Below, one piece after another: positions 21,363-30,513 of a stretch of 50,011 bases of DNA; the stretch's first letter is position 1, and the number at the start of each line of letters is the position of its first letter. A program made the position numbers and the translations under genes. A model generated the notes under the pieces. It ran no database searches, was not told the origin of the DNA, and saw only the letters and a program-made list of their open reading frames with translations. Source of the stretch: Callorhinchus milii (lineage: Eukaryota); contig NW_024705384.1 of NCBI RefSeq assembly GCF_018977255.1, forward strand, positions 1-50,011. The letters are read 5' to 3'.

Positions 21363-24300
21363 AAGACGGAGTTCTAAGGCTCCGTCAGGCACCTCGGTGA
21401 CCCTGGTACGAACCGGAAGATATGGATGAAGGCGAACGAAGACGGCTACGGCGTATAGTTGGTCCCCACGCGCCAAATCTCTATGCGACACGGATTTGAA
21501 AATTCGATAGACCAGGTATTAGGACTATGGGCTGAAATTCTGTATCATGCTCAAACGGCAACGATAACGTAAACCGAGAAGCATACAGGCATTCGCGGAC
21601 AAGCTGCTTTTAGTCATGAAGCCTTGGCACAGAGGGAGCCTGCGGCTCTCTTTGCTCAACCCTAAACTTAGTTCGACGGGTTGACGCAGAACCTACTCCC
21701 GATTATAATGGAGATTAATTTCGCCCAAAATGGTGTGAGGGACGCCTCGCCCACACCTGAATAGTGTTGCGAAATAGCCGTAGGCAAAAGATGGAAAGGA
21801 GTAACAAAGGATTCCCTGTCGGGCGCCATGGGAAACCAGGCACCTCCAAAGCATGACGCGCTGGCACGGATTTTAGTTAGAACGCCTATCAGGACAAAGT
21901 CAGCTGCGCATTTTATGCACTGGATTACAACGACTACCGTGAAGTTCGGCCGAAAGCCGAATATTCGGGTATAGTCCTCCGGAGTCGAAATAAAACATAT
22001 CCAATCATCACTCCGAATCGATGGGTCTAGCGGGACTATCCGACGGTCTCCTCATTGGTCACTCAGTGTGTACTGGAGAAAAGGTGCATCGGGTTTCTCT
22101 TTAGACCTTCACGTAACCAGGCAGCCATTTTATTTGTTTAGTGCTATAATATAACCACGCAGACCGATCGTTACACGGTGCGCTATCACTCGATAGCGCA
22201 AACCATATTTTCAGAGACGGCGGCTAGGGCGGCCCTCCTATTGGGGTACAGTACGTAATGCAACAGTGCTACGCACTCGCAGCGTCCGGTTGCGGACTTT
22301 TAGAGGCGATCTTATGGTCGATTTTGATTGATAATACGCTCCGGGGGGGGCTTACGGATCACTGAGAAATGTGACGACGATAGCAAGGAGCTATAAAGGG
22401 CTTCCCATACCTGCTGAACTCTCGCCCTGCTAAAGCGGATACCTCTACGAGAGCATATGGGCTCTACTATCTGAGGTTGTGAACCCAAGCCCCCAAGTCA
22501 GGAGAACACGTAAAACTGGCTTTGCCTCCCTGGTGCGACGTTCGGTAACCGGTCCCGTCCGGCAGTGATATTAAAGACGGTATATCGATGGATACTGACA
22601 GTCATGCATTGTTATACACAACTGAGCAAAATACGTCCGTACTTGCCCATTGGATTATGATATTTTACCTCCACATGTCAAGGGTCCCGAGAGCCGTGTG
22701 GCGCAGAAGGAAAAGGTGACCAGAGCGACTATTCTCTCACTTCTGGTAAGCGGTAACAAGCGCAAGCGAGGGCCGCAAGAAGAACGCTAAATCGGGCTAC
22801 TGTACAAGGGTGTTTAATTAGCGAACATAAGAGCAACGAACACGCATAACGTTCGAACACCGAGAGGGCGTGGATGTCTCGTTTTTCATTGAAGTAGGGT
22901 ATTGTGTGATAATAGGCAGCTGTGGCCGTAAACTCCCCCCATGGCAAACCACGATTACGGGCAACGTTTACAATCTGTGCTTAATAACGGTTTATGTCGA
23001 AATACTATGTGCCAGTTATAACTCGTTCACGTGTGCCGTGGGGGGTGTCTGTAGGGGAATCTTTTGAAAGGTCGGTTGGTCCGGTCAGATTTGTCTGAAA
23101 GGCGACAACAGATGTGCCTCCCAGGTATCGAATCCGAACAGAAGTTTGCTCTCGATATGGCAGTTTTTACCATGCTGAACATAGTTCTCCCTCAGTACAG
23201 GTAAAGGGCTAGATGAGTACTTTGTCTTTGTCGTGACGAGAAGGGAACGTGATCAGACGTTCGCGCTTTATTAGTCATATGTTGCCCGAGTACCACGTGT
23301 GCGCTGCTTGCGCGCTGGTATGAAACTGCAGGCCTGTAAGACAAACGTTGCAGTGGTATGCAGCAAAAATGTCTCGCCGATTGGCGCCGGACGTTATACA
23401 GGGTGGATGGGGTGTTTATCTGACAACTGTCGCTATTTGTGCAAGATTCGGAAGGAACAGCGGCATTAGATGCCGAGCTCAACCCGGGATCGTTTGTTCG
23501 GCTAGTCGAAAGGTCTCGCACTGACTAAAAGGGTTCGTGTGAGGAGCGTGTTATGGTCATGTTAACAAGCCCATGAAGGGGACAGTCTTTAATACATAGG
23601 TTCAATCAGCAATCAAAGCAACACTACGGATTCGATTGGTGCGATCGCCGGAATCTCCAAGAGAGTTCGGCGAAACCTTTGGACGAGTAGTCGCACATTA
23701 GACTCTGGAAGACAAGATCGAGTATAGTTCACCAGTTATCCTCAACTCACAAATCTGACTGGGACCAGTTGTGCGTTCAGGGCTCGAAGACAAGTAACTT
23801 CCACGTCCCACCGTGTCCCCTAAGCCAAATGCGGCGTGTAATTGGGACTATAGTACGGAATTACTGTGCGATCGTGACGAAGAATTCATATTTGGACCCG
23901 TGGAAAATTGTTAATAAATATTGTTGAAATCCTAAAGGCCTGGAAGTCAGTGGAAGCAAACGGTACTGCGTGTTTGTCGTATAACGAGGAGAGTAAACAA
24001 TCCGCACTGGGAGTCCAGCGTGAACCTGCGATATTCAACACATGTCTTGCCAGTTAGGGGCGCTATTGGCTCGGGCAATAAGAATATTTAACGAAGATGG
24101 CTTCGACAGCAACCGAAATTTAAGCATCGCCCCGCTACAATATCCTTATACAACATACCACAACCTGCGGACGTACGAGTTAGCAGGGGGCGGACTGCCA
24201 AAGCTGAGGGTTTTAAATCATGTATGGGCAAAAGCGGCGCCATCGACGTGCATACGTACTACAGATGGGACAGTTAAAATTCTGTCGCAGACCAGTAATT

Positions 24301-26570
24301 CAAGGACTATCTGCCAGCAGAACTCTTTGTCCAAAATGCTGCCAAATCCTGGTTTACAGTAGTGGGTAATAAGCCCTTAGTACGCCGTCACTAGTGGCGC
24401 GTGAAGCCTATCGAGGTGCACTCATATGTCCTCCAGCAGACTAACGTCGCAATGAAATCTTCATATGCTAGTAAACAACTTTCCCTAAAGACACTGGACC
24501 TTGTTGCAATCGCGGGTTCGGTGATTCTAACTCAGGGGCATTGCCAGACATTAGCATTCCTTCGCGTCGGCCTGTGACGCTGCTTGATTCACTTATTCCT
24601 TTGGGATCAAGAGCAGGGCGCTACATCGGCCGTATAGAAGACCAAAAGTTCAACCGCCTGTTCTGGATACCGATTTGTTCAAAGCATGTACACGGGCCTT
24701 CATCTGTGTTCACGACTGATGCCGCACAGAACAAAAGCCAATGCGTTATCGGGCCAGGAATGGCGGATGTCTAATCCATGATAAATGATAACTGGTCACA
24801 ATGGGGGTTCGAGATATGTCGCTTTAAAGAACACTGTCTAGAGCTTGGATCTTACTGTAATTAAAATTCTGAGGGGGTCAACACACGCATGTGGTTACAG
24901 TCATTCTGCATTCTCCGTAGATATTCAAAAGCCGTCGGGTTTCACACCCGACTCACTTCGAAGCTAGCCTACGCATTCGTGCACAACTCGATCGTGTTCG
25001 CTACCATTGTTCACATTGCGACTAGCCTGCGTGCCCTGAATCAGGTTTGTACCAGCCACGGGGCATTATACATCCCCCTACTGGGCTAGAGATTATCGAC
25101 CGCGGATGGAGTGCCCCGTGAGCATAAACGGTCCACCCCGCTTCCCCTGACGAAATGATGGGTCGACGCTATTCGCGAGCGAGGGATCATATGCTGTTCG
25201 AATTTATCCTCAATTTTACGTATACGATCTGAGAACACCATGCGGCTCTTACGCTGTAAGTGAACATGTTTTAGATAGTGGATAAACGGATCATAGTATT
25301 CTTTTCTCAAAGATGAATAGACCGTATCCAACTCTTGAGACATGTTTGACCTCGTTTCGACAAAAGGATGTTCACAGAGTGGAACCCGTTCTACGCAACA
25401 GAATTAGAGGCATATCGGCTCGACATCAAAACGGGTTTTATTCACTACATGGAAGCGCTTTAAATTGGAGGGATCAACAGGTGACGAACGTTAATGCAGC
25501 GGCTCAGACTCTATAGTTTTCAAGTTCGGCGGAACTGAACGAGGTAAAAAGAGATGTTGTGGCCTTAGCCTGTGACTAACCAGACCATTGTGGCGAGTGA
25601 GCGCAATTCCCAGCATCGGCGATTGGTTGCGCTTGTGGGCCTAAGAGTATGTGAGCGTGCCAGGTACATCGCGCTCTCTGCCCATTTGTGAAATGGGATG
25701 TTCTCGTCGAAACGGTAGCAGAATACCAGGAATAGTTCTTCCTGGTGAAAGGTGAGACCCTTATGTGTATTCGCGCGGAACTCCAAGCTATGCACGTGGA
25801 AACAATGAGTACTGCGGAGACCAACCATGCCGGGTTCCCGTTGCAATCCCATCAATCAGGTTGGGTCTCAGTAAGGCGGCGTCAAAGGACTATCTCATGC
25901 TTTGAGTTAGAGCTACGGGTCATTAGGCGGGCGCGTACACCATCTAAAATTACCGCCTGCGATACCTGACTAGCGTAAGCTGAGGCGGCCCACGTAACAG
26001 GAACTAAAGATTTTAGCCTTTGCACAATTCGTCCGCACAACTCGACTCGACCTTGGGATGAGATAAAATCGCTGCGATATCAATAGTCTTTATTTACGAC
26101 CCAAATGGTTGAATAAAATTGGTGTGGTACAAATGGGTAAAGACGAAGACGCCCCTCGTTGGGATCGTTTAGTCCGCTTTTTCTCCTACGGAGGTCTGTT
26201 GGAAAAACAAAATTGAAATCACAACAGTTAAACTCAGGCGGCGGGTATCTCAAAATAGACCAAACCCGCCCTCCTGCGTAAGAAGCATCACCATGGCCCA
26301 ATTCTGTAACGACGGTGCTGACCAATAGCTGGCATTGACTATTTAGTAAGCTCCCACGCACATAGTTTCCGATCCCGTACTGGTGTCGGTAGCGAAAAAG
26401 GTGAGTTGATTATTTACCTCCACTGAGGACCGCTGAGAGAGTGCAACCTCATGTAGTTCCGTTGCACAGTCGCGCATACGACATAAGGCACATATCGTAC
26501 ACGATCTTGGGTGGATCCTGACCCAAAAGAATCCAATTAGTCCTCGCTTGTTGAGGACGAAACAACGAGC
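21363..26570 (+). ncRNA. ORF-less, hairpin-rich 5.2-kb block; candidate tandem array of degenerate group I intron-like ribozyme modules
   Basis: No ORF over ~110 aa and no host repeats; about 13 GACTA on + by eye; several cores show P3-P4-P5-P6-P7-P3'-P8-P7' order (21865-21977, 23440-23590, 25752-25921, 26227-26367). Confidence 0.45.
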
Positions 26571-26847
26571 TGACCTTTGACTTCACCCCTCGGCACATGG
26601 ACACCTTTACCCTTTACCCCGGCTAATAAAAGGGGTCAATTGCCTTCTCTTGCCGAGGTCTCCTCTGTAGGCAGTCGACGGAGAAGTGGCGGGAAGGGGG
26701 CCCAGGCTGCACGTGTCGGCTCAGGCGAGTTCAGGAGGAGGCCCGGATGTCAGGGCCGTGGACACGTGACGCAGGAGGCGTGGCCAGAGGGGGGTCGGGG
26801 AGGGAAGATGAAAGTGGGCGGAGCGAAGGGGTCAGTCACGTGACCTT

Positions 26848-27357
26848 GGTCTCTGTGAGTCTGTGGGTCTCTGTGTGAGTGTGTGGGTCTGTGTGTGAGT
26901 GTGTGGGTCTCTGTGTGAGTCTGTGGGTCTCTGTGAGTCTGTGGGTCTCTGTGTGAGTGTGTGGGTCTGTGTGTGAGTGTGTGGGTCTCTGTGTGAGTCT
27001 ATGGGTCTCTGTGAGTCTGTGGGTCTCTGTGTGAGTGTGTGGGTCTGTGTGTGAGTGTGTGGGTCTCTGTGTGAGTCTATGGGTCTCTGTGTGAGTCTGT
27101 GGGTCTCTGTGGGTCTGTGTGTGAGTCTGTGGGTCTCTGTGAGTCTGTGGGTCTCTGTGTGAGTGTGGGTCTCTGTGTGAGTCTGTGGGTCTCTGTGAGT
27201 CTGTGGGTATGTGTGTGAGTCTGTGGGTCTCTGTGAGTCTGTAGGTCTCTGTGAGTGTGGGTCTCTGTGGGAGTGTGGGTCTCTGTGTGAGTCTGTGGGT
27301 CTCTGTGTGAGTCTGTGGGTCTCTGTGAGTCTATGGGTCTGTGTGTGAGTGTGTGTG
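26848..27357. repeat. Minisatellite with an 18-20-bp unit gtgggtctctgtgtgagtct
   Basis: Directly visible tandem units. Confidence 0.95.
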
Positions 27358-27805
27358 AAAATATAAGAATAGGTTTTACCCTATTATCTTTCATTATCCT
27401 ATGGGCATAAATAAAGTTGGGCCAGTCTGCCAAAGTGTCACGTTATATATATATTCTTTCTCTGTTATGGCAGAAAAAGAACACGCTGTTCTCGTGAATC
27501 AACCTGATTTTCATTGCATTCGTTCACGAATGTAGCACCTTATACATGGCACAAAAAGACAGCTTGGTGTGGAGTCAAAAGGGATTATCCCAGAAAAATA
27601 TGGTCAACTCCACCACGACAGCGATCGCTACGCACGTCAGCTTACATGAAGTATGATCTGTGTTTTGATTTAGTGTGCTGATCTTAAAGGTGCATTGAAA
27701 AATGTTGATGCTCCTACTGTTGTGGAGTGACTCATGCAGCCAGCTATGGCTGCAGGGTTTGGTAGTACATGTTGTTTATGTCGTTTATTGTGAAAATTCG
27801 GTCAC

Positions 27806-28615
27806 AGTTCCTATGATCACTGTTTCATTGCTTTTATGGCTTAATTTTGGTGATTTTCGAAAAGTTTTTTGGTTTGGCCATGTTTGTTTGTTGTAGTACA
27901 GAGTTAGACTGATGGCCTTAATCTAAGTTGTCTTGTGGTTGTTGTTGTTGTTGTTTGAATTGCATCCCACTGGGATTTTTGCACACAGCGTTGGTGTAAC
28001 GGTGCTTTTTCTGCAATATTTTGCTGTCTTTTCTTGGATTTTCTGTTTGCACTCAGTCACATATTCACTTTAAGATGTTTTTGTTCATGTTTTTGTTTTT
28101 TGTTTGTTGAGGTTGCACCCGATTCAAGAGCCAAATGGCTCACAGGGCCACACCTAATACATGAACTTGAACTTGAAGGTCCTAGTGTGGACACACGTTG
28201 ACCAGTGTAAGAGGCGGGGGGGTCACCTTCGGTCAACCCCCACACGCCTCAAGTTTCAAGTTTTCATGTATTAGGTATAGCCCTGTGAGCCATTCGGCTC
28301 TTGAATCGGTGCAACCGCAACAAACAAAAAACAAAACATGAACAAGAAAACATCTTAAAGTGAATATGTGACTAAGTGCAAACAGAAAATCCAAGAAAAG
28401 ACAGCAAAATATTGCAGAAAAAGCACCATACACCAACGCTGTGTGCAAAAATCCCAGTGGGATGCAAGTCAAACAACAACAACAACCACAAGACAACTTA
28501 GATTAAGGCCATCAGTCTAACTCTGTACTACAACAAACAAACATGGCCAAACCGAAAAACTTTTCAAAATCCCAAATAAAGCCATTAAAGCAATGAAACA
28601 GTGATCATAGGAACT
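27806..28615. repeat. Large palindrome/foldback element with ~390-bp arms
   Basis: agttcctatgatcactgtttcattgc... is the reverse complement of ...gcaatgaaacagtgatcataggaact; spacer of ~45 bp at 28190-28240. Confidence 0.9.
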
Positions 28616-29119
28616 CTGCTGCCCCCTGTGGGCCCGTGAGCTTGGGGCATCTAAGGTGACCTGCAGAGCCTTGCTATGGCGCAACACGTATACACACACT
28701 CACGCAGTTTAACACTCACCACACACAACAACAACAACGGCCATTCGCCACTAAGTGGCGGTGACGTTACCACATCGCTTTTGCCAGGCCACGTGCAATT
28801 TGAGGCTACCACGTGGCAGGAGGAGGTGATGGGGCAGACCCAGCAGGTGTCACGTGTCAACTGACTGAGACGAGTGGCTGATGCTACCACCACATTGTGG
28901 GCCCCTGCTGTGCCAACTCGCTGTGTGGGTCTCTGCAGGTCTCCACAACTTGCGGATGAGTTCTGCTGCTGCCATTTCAACGACCCTGAGGTTTGGTGGT
29001 CGTCTGGGCCTTCGTTGGTGTTGACGCCTTGGTAATTGAGATGTTAACTACCTCGCCTGGTGTACAGGAGGTCGTGGGTTACACCATAATCATCACGGTG
29101 GCTGGGAAATGTTAACTAC

Positions 29120-29556
29120 CTCGCTACTATACCTGCACGATACAATACACTACACTGGCATACACTACTATACACTGCTATACACTATAGTAATGTACAC
29201 TACACTACTATACACTCCACTACTATATACTACACTAAACACTTATATCTACTATACTATACAGTACACTACTATACAATACACTATACTATACACTACA
29301 AAGCTATACAATACACTACTATACACTTATATATACTACACTACATTACTATACACTCCACTATACAATACACTATACACTTCAATATACTACACTATAC
29401 ACATATATACTACACTGTACTATACAGTACGTACTATACACTACACTGGTATCCACTACACTACTATATACTACACTATAGTAATATACACTTTACACTA
29501 CTATACACTACTCTAAACACTTATATTTACTACACTACTATACACTATACTATACA
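29120..29556. repeat. Low-complexity (TACAC/TATAC)n
   Basis: Degenerate short tandem repeat. Confidence 0.9.
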
Positions 29557-29558
29557 GT

Positions 29559-30054
29559 TGTTGGGGCCGCTGGTCCCCGAAGTCCCTCCCTGCTCCGTAC
29601 CTATGGCAGGGGCTCTGCCGTTCGTCGACCCCTCGCTGCTCTGCGAGCAGCTGCTGCCGTCGCTGGGCTCATCGCCCGACGGCTCCCCTCCCTGGTCCGT
29701 CCCTCCGCGAGCTCGTGTGAGAGGCATAGCTCGCCGCACGCTCTCGTTCACCTGTACATGCTGCGTTGTCTCTCCACGGATCACGCGCTCTAAACGGGGG
29801 TCAGGGGTCGGAGGGCGAATGACGCTGCCCTCACACCGCGCGAGTCCCTGCGGCGATAGACGGAGCGGGTACCTGCGGACGCACCGACCCCTTCCCCACA
29901 CTACGAGCGCACACACTGCACACACGCGACACCCACTCGTGCGCCGCTCTACGCAGCGCTCCCACGAGGCGAGCCGCTGTATAAGCAGCACTACACGCGT
30001 TCACACTGCTCAACGAGATCACACGAGGCCACGATTCGCTATTAATGATTTATT
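29559..30054 (-). repeat. Distal part of the Gypsy 2 3' LTR
   Basis: Starts tgttggggccgctggtcccc (cf. 40257) and ends cacgattcgctattaatgatttatt (cf. ~40900-40924). Confidence 0.8.
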
Positions 30055-30071
30055 GTTGCTACCTGGAACTG

Positions 30072-30190
30072 TCTTCTTGGTTCTTTCGGTAAAGTCACGT
30101 AGAAGGAAAATAATAAAATAATAAAAACATAATAAAACAATTCTCACGACGTTTCGGCCACAACGCAAGCAGCCGTCCTCAGGTGAAGTA
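30072..30190 (-). mobile_element. Hammerhead element copy 4 (single arm; intact core 30144-30186)
   Basis: Reverse complement reads TCAC-CTGAGGA-C-GGCTGC-ttgcgtt-GTGGCC-GAAAC-GTC-GTGA, identical to the core at 43325. Confidence 0.85.
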
Positions 30191-30513
30191 TGAAACACCA
30201 CCAAGCTTGGAGCGTATATTTAAGCTGGGTTGGAGGGGGGGAGGTGGGAAGAAGAGCACCTTAACAAAATAATTTGCATATCAAGAGGAATTTAGCATAT
30301 GGAAAATGCGTAGGAGGTGGGCGGGGGGGTTTCAAATTAATATTATGCCCGTGCATTATGCAGGATTATCAGCATCAAAGGGAGGGGGAAGGGGGGTAGC
30401 ATTAACAAAGGAAAGGAATGTTAATAGTATGTAGCTGCAGTTACTAAACAACCACGTAAAAAACTAAAGTATAAACTGCATACTATATACTGCCAAAGAC
30501 AAACCCAACATTA

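Noticed and set aside
22690..22730. Group II intron domain V (GAGCCGTGTG...)
   Set aside because: No complementary 3' strand (…ACGGTTC) follows.
26534..26570. Hammerhead ribozyme (GTCCTC/GAGGAC followed by GAAAC)
   Set aside because: The CUGANGA core is absent (CCAATTA instead) and no cleavage-site helix is found.
21363..26570. RNA-virus or other protein-coding insert under an alternative genetic code
   Set aside because: The frames I spot-checked are closed by both TAA/TAG and TGA and show no RdRp or other motifs; the short ORFs look random. Not checked exhaustively.
21363..26570. rRNA gene or CRISPR-like array
   Set aside because: No conserved rRNA words and no regularly spaced direct repeat were seen; 10-mer matches such as caggcacctc are expected by chance.
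29109..29516. Tyr/Thr-rich ORF
   Set aside because: Low-complexity TACAC repeat.
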